A stretch of 64,000 nt of DNA from an uncultured virus (IMG/VR IMGVR_UViG_3300027801_001720) (taxonomy: Duplodnaviria > Heunggongvirae > Uroviricota > Caudoviricetes), in the IMG/VR virus record IMGVR_UViG_3300027801_001720; one strand, 5' to 3'. A model generated the notes under the pieces. That model was not told the DNA's origin. It made no database searches and was given only the letters and a program-made list of their open reading frames with translations. Position 1 is the stretch's first letter. The number at the start of each line of letters is the position of its first letter. The translations under genes were made by a program, and so were the position numbers. This document shows positions 48,599-57,477 of the stretch, one piece after another.

Positions 48599-49657
48599 TT
48601 ATAAACCTGCTAATTTTTTAATATTTGAAAGTTGAATATCTTGTATAGGCATAAGGATTACACTATCAGTAATACTTTCAGAAATTATTACTTTGTATCC
48701 TAAGTCTTCCCATGTTAAGCCTACTGCTTCAAGTACTTTATTCATATATTGATATGCTTCAGCTCGTAAACTTCTTGCCTGAGTGACCAGTGCTTGGTAT
48801 TCAGTTGGATTAGATTTGTTTAATCCGCTTTGTTTTAATATAGGGCCTACTGTGTTTAAGTATTTTTCAACATCTGTATTATTACCATGCATTTTTACAA
48901 GTTTACTTACCATGTCTTGTGCAAGTTTTAATTTTTGCTCTGGTTGTTGTGCTGGGTCCATTATTCTTTTTTGGAATGCTTTTAAGTCGTTTGCCGCTAC
49001 TGGCACTACTGCTTTCTTATCTGCTGGTTCGCCCTTCTTAAACGCATGTGACATTGCTCGACCAATACCTGCACCAAACTTAGCACCTAATTTTTGTCCT
49101 GTTGTAGCATCTGGATCGTTGGCAGTTTTACTAGCAAGTGGTCCGCCTATTGCTTTATTAACAACATCACCGGCTTTTTGCTTCATTTGGTCTATGAAAC
49201 CTGTTTGGTCTTTGCCTTGTGCTTTACTAGTAAGTTGTTTTGCCAAAGCGCCTTCTGGTGCTAGTGGTCTGCTACCAGGAGCTATTTTTGGAGTTCCTGT
49301 GTTTTTACCAGTTTTTGCATTTGCCGATATGCCTGTAACTTCAATCCAACCGTTTTCTGTATATTGGTAAAATAATCCGTTATCGTCTGTTTGTATATCG
49401 CCTACTTTAATTCTTTGTTTTGCAAAATCGCTAACATCACCGCCTACTTTAGATTTGGCGTCTCTAGCCTTTGCGGCTTTGTCTATTTTGTATTGCTGAA
49501 CTCTAGTATTTTTGCCACCTGAGGCAACTGAATCTGTATTGGCTTTGTTTGCCTGTTGTTGGTCGTGCCTTTTATATTCCTTTTTTTGTTTGTCTCTAAT
49601 TGCATCTCTATGTTGGCGTGATGCAGGCACTTCTGATATAATATCCTTACTTCTCAT
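48599..49657 (-). CDS. low-complexity K/A/G/Q-rich protein with CTS-like N-terminus and C-terminal 'IKKLAGL'
   Basis: Start moved to ATG 49657 (MRSKDIISE), overlapping the upstream gene end. Confidence 0.65.
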   Translation of the reverse strand: MRSKDIISEVPASRQHRDAIRDKQKKEYKRHDQQQANKANTDSVASGGKNTRVQQYKIDKAAKARDAKSKVGGDVSDFAKQRIKVGDIQTDDNGLFYQYTENGWIEVTGISANAKTGKNTGTPKIAPGSRPLAPEGALAKQLTSKAQGKDQTGFIDQMKQKAGDVVNKAIGGPLASKTANDPDATTGQKLGAKFGAGIGRAMSHAFKKGEPADKKAVVPVAANDLKAFQKRIMDPAQQPEQKLKLAQDMVSKLVKMHGNNTDVEKYLNTVGPILKQSGLNKSNPTEYQALVTQARSLRAEAYQYMNKVLEAVGLTWEDLGYKVIISESITDSVILMPIQDIQLSNIKKLAGL

Positions 49658-49913
49658 TTGATCCACTCTCGTTGACAACTTTTTTAATGCCTCTAGAGAA
49701 TTTTTTTGGATCACCTGATTTAATTGAATTAATTAATCTACGTTCTAAGTCTAATGCTTCTTCTGGACTATATGCTTCACGCAATATAGCTTTGATGTTT
49801 TCTGCACTAGAGACTAGGTGTTCAACTCTATTTTCGAGAACATGGTGTCGACTCCTGTCTACACTAATAGAATTTAATTCTTCTAAAATACTTCTCGATT
49901 TTTTCTCTGACAT
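49647..49913 (-). CDS. conserved small phage protein
   Basis: RSILEELNS...LERRLINSIKSGDPKKF; AGGA SD; ATAAATA at 49940-49946. Confidence 0.7.
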   Translation of the reverse strand: MSEKKSRSILEELNSISVDRSRHHVLENRVEHLVSSAENIKAILREAYSPEEALDLERRLINSIKSGDPKKFSRGIKKVVNESGSNEK

Positions 49914-49949
49914 TTATTTGTTTCCTAATGTTATATGCATATTTATCAT

Positions 49950-51332
49950 TTAAAGGTCATTTTTCTTCATAAACTCCTGCATGTTTAATGCAGTACTAAT
50001 TGTATTTGAAGTTTCTGGCGCATCTGTTTTTATACTATTACCTCTTTTTAGTTGGTCTATAAGGCTTCCAGTAGTCATTGTCATTGAATCCTCATCATCC
50101 TCATCTAAATCTTCTACCCTTAATGTGTCTGGATTAAATTTTAAATCTACTTTACTACCAACACCACTACTAGAACGTGTTTTCATAAACTGTATTTGGT
50201 ATCTTCCACGTTCTCTCATTGCATTACTTGTAAATATACCCACAACATTATCTGCTGTTTGTATTTTACTAATACCACCTGCAATATGACTGTGGTCAAA
50301 TTCTATTTCTTCTACTGCACCTCTGTTTAACTGCGATGCTGTTACAAACAATGTCTGCGATTCCATTGCTAAGTTACGCAATTCCTCTGATACATATTTG
50401 TCTTTAATAAATGTATTCTCTGCACTAATTTTTCCGCTTATTGGACTCATTAAATCTAAGTAATCAACTAGTATGCAGTCTACTTTAAGGTCTTTGTTAA
50501 TTTCATATTCTCGAATATATGCTCTGATGTCATTTGTTGTAACACCACTTTGCATTTGTTTAACACGGAACTTACCAGCGCCTTTTCCTTTCATACGCAC
50601 TTTTAAATCCACGTCATCCATATTCTTCATTACTTCTCTGGTGCTATAACCACTTACCATTGCATCTAAACGCATACTAATAAGTTGTTCACTAAGCTCT
50701 AAACTAATGTACACAACATTAAGTCCTGCTAATGCCCAATTAACTCCTAAGTTCTGTAAGAATAAACTTTTACCTGCACCAGAACCACCAGCAAAAATAG
50801 TAATCTCGCCTCTGTTAATTCCACCATACAGTTTTTGGTCAAACATTTTCCAACCTGTACTTACTGCACCGCTTTGAGATTTAATATACTGTAAACGTTC
50901 CTTAGGGTTTTCAAAGTATTCTATTCCTAAGTCTTTTACAAGACTTATCTGACTTGCTTCTTTAATTAATACTTCTACTGATCCATAGTCTGCTTTTTCT
51001 AATAAGTCTGTGCTATCAAGTATTGCTTTTTCTAATCCTTTGTGTCTGCAGAATCTTTCAAAACTATCTAAAAACCAATCTGAATGATTAGACGTTAATC
51101 CTTCTATACGTTCTAGTTCTACACCCGTAGTTGCTTTAATCTGATCAATAGTAGGAATAGCACTATACTCAGCACTATGTTGTTTTAAGAAATTGACAGT
51201 CTGTTGAAACCGTTTATTAAACATATAAGGCTCAACAATATTGTTTACTCTCACAAACAATTCTGGATCAGTAATTAGGAAGTTTAAATACATCTCTTGT
51301 ATTTCTTCTGTGTAGCTTTCTATATTATCCAT
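49950..51332 (-). CDS. replicative DnaB-like helicase (T4 gp41-like)
   Basis: Walker A GGSGAGKS, SLELSE, VDYLDLM, TASQLNR, KTR. Confidence 0.93.
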   Translation of the reverse strand: MDNIESYTEEIQEMYLNFLITDPELFVRVNNIVEPYMFNKRFQQTVNFLKQHSAEYSAIPTIDQIKATTGVELERIEGLTSNHSDWFLDSFERFCRHKGLEKAILDSTDLLEKADYGSVEVLIKEASQISLVKDLGIEYFENPKERLQYIKSQSGAVSTGWKMFDQKLYGGINRGEITIFAGGSGAGKSLFLQNLGVNWALAGLNVVYISLELSEQLISMRLDAMVSGYSTREVMKNMDDVDLKVRMKGKGAGKFRVKQMQSGVTTNDIRAYIREYEINKDLKVDCILVDYLDLMSPISGKISAENTFIKDKYVSEELRNLAMESQTLFVTASQLNRGAVEEIEFDHSHIAGGISKIQTADNVVGIFTSNAMRERGRYQIQFMKTRSSSGVGSKVDLKFNPDTLRVEDLDEDDEDSMTMTTGSLIDQLKRGNSIKTDAPETSNTISTALNMQEFMKKNDL

Positions 51333-52119
51333 TTATTCTGTTAAACTCCTTTGTCGTTTCTTTTGCAATCATTGTATGTCCTTTTACAGTTGGGTGCTTT
51401 GTTTCATCTAAGTCATACATTGCAATGTACGTTAGAGGTCTTTTTGTCCACTTGTTTAAATTTATCTGACTTGCTAATATTTTTTCATAATCAGTTGTTA
51501 GTCCAATCTTATTAACCATAAGCGGTAAATGACTACTTGATCCCATGCTTGTAAACACATACGGTATGTTTTTACTTTCTAAATACGATTGCAGAACTAA
51601 AATCTTTTGAAAGTATTGAACGATATAATCTGTTTCACTGTATTGCCAAAAGTAATCAGTTGATGCTGACCTTGTTATCTTATCTACTATATTTAACACC
51701 GACTCATCGTATTCTACGTTTTTATCGAAATGCATTGCATACATGTTTTTGTCAGCAAAAGCACTATCAGTAGTTAATGCCTTGTCTAACGGGTCTTCTA
51801 ATTCATAATGGTTGCATAAATTACCCCATTCACCTAGCGGTTGAAAGTACAATTCTTTCCTATGCATTGCTGTCCATTGTACTATAACAGCATCAACTTT
51901 GTTTTTTTCTATGTGTTCAATAGTTCGCCTTAGTATCTTATCGTTACTGTTTCCACCTATTGCTATGTTTGTTACTTCATAGTTTTCCAATGAGTTTTTT
52001 AATAGTAACCTATTGGGCCACGTATAATCAGCTGGTGGGTTCAAGTTACCTTGTGAGTCATGAATATTATCATGTCCTCCTGTGTAACTGCATCCGTTTG
52101 TTAGTAGTATTTTACTCAT
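51325..52119 (-). CDS. SGNH-like hydrolase domain protein
   Basis: LTNGCSYT, NIAIGGNSN, VQWT..R.E, HPT..GH. Confidence 0.65.
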   Translation of the reverse strand: MSKILLTNGCSYTGGHDNIHDSQGNLNPPADYTWPNRLLLKNSLENYEVTNIAIGGNSNDKILRRTIEHIEKNKVDAVIVQWTAMHRKELYFQPLGEWGNLCNHYELEDPLDKALTTDSAFADKNMYAMHFDKNVEYDESVLNIVDKITRSASTDYFWQYSETDYIVQYFQKILVLQSYLESKNIPYVFTSMGSSSHLPLMVNKIGLTTDYEKILASQINLNKWTKRPLTYIAMYDLDETKHPTVKGHTMIAKETTKEFNRING

Positions 52120-53093
52120 AGCATTTTTGCCTTTACTTGATTCTTAATCTTATTGCTACTTGCATGTTTTACAATACTTGCAAGTGTAAGAAGTCTGCCG
52201 TACTTACTAACCGCATCAGCGGCATCTTTGCATTCTGCACTCCAAGGTGGAAAACTTACTTCCCAACCAAGTTCAATTGCTTTCTCAATAAGGTCTTTAC
52301 CTGCTTTATCTCTATCAGGACAAAGTATAACACGTTTATTTAGTTTGTCAATAAGGTGTGCCTGCTCTGCTGTAACACCGTTACCCAATACACTAATACC
52401 ATCTATAAGTATAGCATCAAATACTCCTTCAACTACTATAACGAAGTCTCTGTCACTGTCTACAAACTTGTCTATGTTGAATACATATCCACTTTGCATG
52501 TTTAACAAGTATTTTGCAGTTTCTTTATTAGGTGGATTTACATGTCTGCCAGTCCAACCAACTAATTGATTGTTATACATAAAAGGTACAGTTAGCCTGG
52601 CATTATACATGCTATTGTTAATATGCAATAAAGGAAAGTTTCCTAATAGTCCACGGTCTATTGCATACTGTTTAACTTTGTGGTCGTCTGGTAAATCTTC
52701 TACTAATGTAGTTTCGTCTGGTAATTTATGAACTTCGAAACTTGCCGCTGTGTAAACATAATCACTAGTTTCTTCTATTTCCAATTCTTCGCTATGTTTC
52801 ATTAAGTCTAGTACAACTTTGTGAATAGCCGTAACTGGTACTCCTAACGTTTCACATAACTTTTTGTATTTGCCGCCTAGTTTTGGACTTGGTGCCCAAC
52901 CAGTTGTGTACTGACAATTAAAACAATGGAAACTAATTTTAGCATTACTTTGTATTACGCCAGCACGTTTTCTTTTATCACTACAAATTGGACAATTAAA
53001 TGTCGTCCAACCGCTTGGAGTTTTGCCATTGTTAAGGGGCAAATTGTCCATAAGTAATCGATGTACGTTGTCTACGAGTTCATGATGATGCAT
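52116..53093 (-). CDS. DNA primase (T4 gp61-like; Zn ribbon + TOPRIM)
   Basis: CPIC..HCFNC; VVEGVFDA; PDRDKAG; KDAAD. Confidence 0.9.
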   Translation of the reverse strand: MHHHELVDNVHRLLMDNLPLNNGKTPSGWTTFNCPICSDKRKRAGVIQSNAKISFHCFNCQYTTGWAPSPKLGGKYKKLCETLGVPVTAIHKVVLDLMKHSEELEIEETSDYVYTAASFEVHKLPDETTLVEDLPDDHKVKQYAIDRGLLGNFPLLHINNSMYNARLTVPFMYNNQLVGWTGRHVNPPNKETAKYLLNMQSGYVFNIDKFVDSDRDFVIVVEGVFDAILIDGISVLGNGVTAEQAHLIDKLNKRVILCPDRDKAGKDLIEKAIELGWEVSFPPWSAECKDAADAVSKYGRLLTLASIVKHASSNKIKNQVKAKML

Positions 53094-53102
53094 AACAAAA
53101 CT

Positions 53103-53130
53103 ATTATAACACCATTCTGTGTAAAGTCAA
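53103..53130 (-). promoter_or_regulatory. sigma70-type promoter for primase/helicase
   Basis: TTGACT-N16-TATAAT, 9 nt before the ATG. Confidence 0.55.
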
Positions 53131-53943
53131 CTAATTTCTTAATAAAACTTTATCAAAAGATCCGGAGGTTTTAGCAAATTTCACTCTAACCCAATTGGTG
53201 TTGACTTTGAAGTTGAAAGCATCAATTCCATTGAATGCTGAAACGTAAGGAACAATAGCTTGTCCGATATCGCCTTGAACGTTAATATCATACCAATCAC
53301 TATCTTGCGTTGGTGTACTAGATAAAGCAGAACCTTGTATAGTAACGTTACCAACAAAATCAGTCATATACATACCAATAGTATGTTGACTATGTTTGAA
53401 GTTTTGATCTTGATTACCGTACATTGCACTTGTAACAAAAACATTCGACCCTTGAGCTTGGAATGTAATTTGTTTTTGAGTTGCAATAGGTTCGTATTCT
53501 AGTTGACTTCTAATTTCTAAGTCTGTAATAATTCTATCGTTTTGGTTTGCATACAAAGGACTTTGTGTTACACCACTGTCACTGCTTTCACTGATACTAA
53601 TTTGATATAAACCTTGACTCAAATTTGCTAAATCGCCTGGTACAAAACTAAGTTTTGCTTCTCCAGTTGTTCCGCTGTTAATTAATTCAAGTTGCTTGAA
53701 TATAACTCTCTTATTTGTGTTTGGGTTTATAACACTAGCATATAATGTTTTACCAGTTAAGTTTTGTAAAACTCTGTCTCTATTTCTCACAAAAAAGTTC
53801 AATTGAGAGTCGAACCCTTTATGTACTGTTAGTTTATTTTGATTCATTGGTCTATTGTCCGTTGTTATTCCGTCAGACGTTAATACTAAGTCTATTGACG
53901 GGTTACCTAAAATGTATAATGTATTTGTACTTCCATACGACAT
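53131..53943 (-). CDS. putative virion structural protein (beta-rich)
   Basis: Beta-strand pattern ending WVRVKF..FDKVLLRN; late-type box upstream. Confidence 0.55.
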   Translation of the reverse strand: MSYGSTNTLYILGNPSIDLVLTSDGITTDNRPMNQNKLTVHKGFDSQLNFFVRNRDRVLQNLTGKTLYASVINPNTNKRVIFKQLELINSGTTGEAKLSFVPGDLANLSQGLYQISISESSDSGVTQSPLYANQNDRIITDLEIRSQLEYEPIATQKQITFQAQGSNVFVTSAMYGNQDQNFKHSQHTIGMYMTDFVGNVTIQGSALSSTPTQDSDWYDINVQGDIGQAIVPYVSAFNGIDAFNFKVNTNWVRVKFAKTSGSFDKVLLRN

Positions 53944-53967
53944 ATTTTATCTTCCATTTAATATATG

Positions 53968-53992
53968 TATTTATCAGAGTTACTTATAAATA
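53968..53992. promoter_or_regulatory. back-to-back late-type promoters (ATAAATA on -, TATAAATA on +)
   Basis: Both boxes lie in the ~55-nt gap between divergent genes. Confidence 0.6.
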
Positions 53993-53998
53993 TGTTTG

Positions 53999-54376
53999 AT
54001 GACTAAACACACAGATTTACAAGAAAAATTCCCATTCCTTACAGGTTTAGAGTTCAATGGTACCGAATACGTCGGAATTGTACAAAATAGAGATGGTCAA
54101 ATTATAAGTTTTTACGATATTGAAAAATGTAGGAACAACGATGAACGTAAACTAATGTTAGAACATGCAGATTTATGGTGGTGGGAATCAAACCGTATGC
54201 TACCAATCGATGTGTTTCTATTTCATGAAATGCAAGAGTTCAATCATTGTTTAAGAACATTTATGAATAAAGAGACTGAAATATTATTTGGACCTGTTAC
54301 AAGTATGCAGAACATACTTAAGAAGAGAATTAAAAGACGCAGTATTCAGTTAGTAAAGAAAGTTCCTAACGACTAG
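53999..54376 (+). CDS. conserved hypothetical phage protein; the only + strand gene called after 4.6 kb
   Basis: FPFLT...EYVGIVQN...WWWESNR; ATG 53999 lies 6 nt after TATAAATA. Confidence 0.75.
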   Translation: MTKHTDLQEKFPFLTGLEFNGTEYVGIVQNRDGQIISFYDIEKCRNNDERKLMLEHADLWWWESNRMLPIDVFLFHEMQEFNHCLRTFMNKETEILFGPVTSMQNILKKRIKRRSIQLVKKVPND

Positions 54377-54944
54377 TACCTGCTTGTTCCACAATAAGAT
54401 TTAACTGTACGACAATCAATGTTGCATAACCTATTGCATGGCTTCTTTTAAAGAAATAGCCTTCTGTCTTTTCCCACACTTCTTTTTCAATTATTTCCCA
54501 AGTATTTCCTACCAAGTGTCGTTTACCTGGTCTTATTAGTGCAAGTATCATTGCTAACTGTTCTATGCTTGTAGGCGTATGTTGTTTTACAATTTCATAG
54601 TGATTACTAATATGGAATAATTGTTCTACTAACTCTTTGTGTCCAAACAACTCCCACATAGGTTCTGTGTTTAGTAGTTTGTCAAGATGTGCTTCGTTTT
54701 TTATTTGTTCATACACATGGTTGTTTAGAAAGTCAACTTTAAAGTAACCTAAGTCTTCTGCTTCTTTGTGGTCTATAGTGCTGTAGCCTTCTAGCGGAAA
54801 CTGTGGAATAGGTTGAAAGTAGACACCGGTGTTGTGCTTTGTGTATTCTCCTTCACGGATAATACTCGCAGGTACATGGTCAATAAGTTTAAGAAACTCA
54901 TCTCTATTTGCCATGTCAATGTCTACATCAAAATTTATTTTCAT
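54366..54944 (-). CDS. minimal DNA polymerase III alpha (DnaE)-like catalytic core
   Basis: DVDID, HNTGVY, FKVDFL, ALIRPG, FKRSHAIGY. Confidence 0.8.
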   Translation of the reverse strand: MKINFDVDIDMANRDEFLKLIDHVPASIIREGEYTKHNTGVYFQPIPQFPLEGYSTIDHKEAEDLGYFKVDFLNNHVYEQIKNEAHLDKLLNTEPMWELFGHKELVEQLFHISNHYEIVKQHTPTSIEQLAMILALIRPGKRHLVGNTWEIIEKEVWEKTEGYFFKRSHAIGYATLIVVQLNLIVEQAGTSR

Positions 54945-56080
54945 TATATAATATCTGCAATCTTATCTGCTAGTTGTATAAACCAGTCAGCGTCATGTCC
55001 TTTAGTTGTTTCAGCCGCAGTACCTAATCTGATACCACTTGTTTCTGTAAAACTTCTAGGATCATCGGGTATACCATTTTTATTAACAGTAATACCTGAC
55101 TCCTCTAATTGGTCAGCCGCATCTTTTCCGCTAATTCCTCTATTTGTTAAATCAAGTAATATTATATGCGAATCTGTGCCTCCTGTCAAGCAATTAAATC
55201 CGTTTGCTGTAAGTTGCTTTGCAAATGCTCTAGCATTAAGTAAAACATTGTGGGCATAGTCCTCAAACTCTTTTGTATTAGCCTCTACAAAACATTGAGC
55301 CTTTGCCGCAATCTGATTCATTAACGGACCACCTTGTGTACCAGGGAATATACCACTGTTAATACGTCTGCTGTATTCCGCATTGTTCCACAGTATAATA
55401 CCGCCCCTAGGACCGCGTAAGGTCTTGTGTGTTGTACTTGTTACTACATCAGCATACTGAATAGGACTATCGTAACACTTACCTGCTACGAGACCAGAAT
55501 AGTGTGCCATATCTACCAACAACAATGCACCAACTGAGTCAGCAATTTCTCTAAACGCTTTCCAGTCGATTTGTCTAGGGTATGCACTAGCACCGGCGAT
55601 GATCATTTTAGGTTTGTGACGTTCTGCTAACATCAAAACTTCATCATAGTTAATTAAGCCATCCTCTTCAACACCATAAGAGTGTGCATCATAAATCTTG
55701 CCTGATATATTTGGAGGGCTTCCGTGACTTAAATGTCCGCCACTTGCTAAATCCATTCCTAGTATAGTATCACCTGGGTTTAAAAATGCCTGGAATACTG
55801 CTGTATTGGCATTAGCACCACAATGCGGTTGTACATTAGCAAAGTTGCAACCAAACAGTTTAGTAACTTCTTCGATTGCCATGGTTTCAATTTCATCCAT
55901 GTGACTGCAACCGTTGTAATAACGTTTGCCTGGATAACCTTCAGCATACTTATTTGTAAATATACTTCCGCTTAATTCCATTACTGCTTTGCTGGCATAG
56001 TTTTCACTTGCTATAAGCTCAATGGTATTATCTTGTCTTTTTGATTCTCGAGCAAGAATGTCTTTTATTAGTACATCCAT
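54944..56080 (-). CDS. glyA: serine hydroxymethyltransferase
   Basis: LIASENY, NKYAEGYPGKRYY, GGHLSHG, TTHKTLRGPRGG. Confidence 0.97.
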   Translation of the reverse strand: MDVLIKDILARESKRQDNTIELIASENYASKAVMELSGSIFTNKYAEGYPGKRYYNGCSHMDEIETMAIEEVTKLFGCNFANVQPHCGANANTAVFQAFLNPGDTILGMDLASGGHLSHGSPPNISGKIYDAHSYGVEEDGLINYDEVLMLAERHKPKMIIAGASAYPRQIDWKAFREIADSVGALLLVDMAHYSGLVAGKCYDSPIQYADVVTSTTHKTLRGPRGGIILWNNAEYSRRINSGIFPGTQGGPLMNQIAAKAQCFVEANTKEFEDYAHNVLLNARAFAKQLTANGFNCLTGGTDSHIILLDLTNRGISGKDAADQLEESGITVNKNGIPDDPRSFTETSGIRLGTAAETTKGHDADWFIQLADKIADII

Positions 56081-56305
56081 TTATCTGTAACTGCCTATCA
56101 TCTTGGGACCTTTTGTTATAAACTCTAGCCCAGCCATGTTACCCACATAAATTTTATGTTTAGGGTCGTATTGTAAATTTACTTTAACAGTATTCATAAA
56201 CACGGACATATAACCTTCTGGTTTAAAATCTCCAATATCCACTTCTAATGTTTTTCCGTTATCTGTGCATTCTACAATGCATTCTTTTGCGTATGATTCA
56301 TTCAT
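56081..56305 (-). CDS. small hypothetical phage protein
   Basis: Start moved to ATG 56305 (AGGA SD); YVGNMAGLEF. Confidence 0.6.
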   Translation of the reverse strand: MNESYAKECIVECTDNGKTLEVDIGDFKPEGYMSVFMNTVKVNLQYDPKHKIYVGNMAGLEFITKGPKMIGSYR

Positions 56306-56312
56306 GATGTTC

Positions 56313-56480
56313 CTATTGTTGTTTTTTCTTTTTACCAAAGAACGCACCAGTTGTAGGTACATTCTCAGTTTTTGCAAATGGCTCACACACAGTTACTTTG
56401 CCACCTTTAGCAAAATACTCATCCATTAACCTTTTTGATTCTTCTTGTTCACGTTTAATTGTTTCAGGTGATTTGTTCAT
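56313..56480 (-). CDS. 55-aa protein with SutA-like RNAP-binding motif, not in ORF track
   Basis: MNKSPETIKREQEESKRLMDEYFAKGGKVTVCEPF...; AGGA SD; fills the gap exactly. Confidence 0.6.
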   Translation of the reverse strand: MNKSPETIKREQEESKRLMDEYFAKGGKVTVCEPFAKTENVPTTGAFFGKKKKQQ

Positions 56481-56840
56481 TTATTTTCCTATTTTCATTT
56501 TGTCTAACATTTTTCTAGCATTAAATAATGATTTAAGTGGATTATCGTCATCCAATTCTTTTAACACGTCTATAAGTGTTACTAAATCCTTTAATGTACT
56601 TTGACTAAGTGTAACATCACCAACTGTTAGTGTTTGGTGGCTAAGAAAGTCTGTATTAATAGTTATATTATCAGATTCGTCTGATAGAACGTATGGTGTT
56701 CCAGTGGTAGTGGAAGCACCGTTTACAGTAATTGTATTTATTGAAGGTACCGTAATAGTATCTACCGTACCCATACCTCCTGTTAATACTGTTGTATAAA
56801 AGTCTTCTGAATCGTAATTAGTCATCTTTAAATACCTCAT
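56481..56840 (-). CDS. hypothetical protein
   Basis: ORF track; T-rich N-half. Confidence 0.6.
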   Translation of the reverse strand: MRYLKMTNYDSEDFYTTVLTGGMGTVDTITVPSINTITVNGASTTTGTPYVLSDESDNITINTDFLSHQTLTVGDVTLSQSTLKDLVTLIDVLKELDDDNPLKSLFNARKMLDKMKIGK

Positions 56841-57477
56841 TTGCTAGTGGAAAAATATTACTAATAACATCGGCACATGCTTTTGCAATTTCGATGTGTT
56901 CTAATTGTGTACCATTTGCACCTCTTAACTCGATGTAATGTACCCAACTTCTTAATGTACCATTAACATACAGTCTGCTAACTGTGTTGCCTTCTGGTAA
57001 TACTGCTCTTGCCTGTTCTTTAGCAATGCCGTTGCTTGTTGCCCAGTTATATGCGTCTAGTGAAGCATTTATAACATTGCGTTGCTTGTCTTCCCATGTT
57101 GCTTGTAATTTAGCATCATCTGTTACAACACTATTCTGCCTATTCTTGGGATCTTGTAATCTTGCTTCTCTAATTTCAAAACTTAAATCTTTTGTAGGGT
57201 CTGCATAACGTTGACTGAACTCTTGGAAACTAAAACTTCTGTGACGTAACAGTTGTCGTGCTATGTCTCTGGTTGTTTCAATTTCTAAACATGCTGACAC
57301 CATTTCGAGTGGCGACCAATGTTTGTGTTTCATCAAATACTTCACAAGTTTCTCACTTGTTTTAGTATTCATTTGATTTTCTGGATTGCTTACTCTAGCA
57401 CAATAGGCAACCAAGTCTAATGCTGACCCGTCTTCTGCGAATTCTCCTTGTGAATGACTTATTAGTTTTACTTTCAT
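56818..57477 (-). CDS. thyX: flavin-dependent thymidylate synthase
   Basis: HWSPLE, RHRSFSFQEFSQRY, ARAVLP, TQLEH. Confidence 0.96.
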   Translation of the reverse strand: MKVKLISHSQGEFAEDGSALDLVAYCARVSNPENQMNTKTSEKLVKYLMKHKHWSPLEMVSACLEIETTRDIARQLLRHRSFSFQEFSQRYADPTKDLSFEIREARLQDPKNRQNSVVTDDAKLQATWEDKQRNVINASLDAYNWATSNGIAKEQARAVLPEGNTVSRLYVNGTLRSWVHYIELRGANGTQLEHIEIAKACADVISNIFPLANEVFKDD

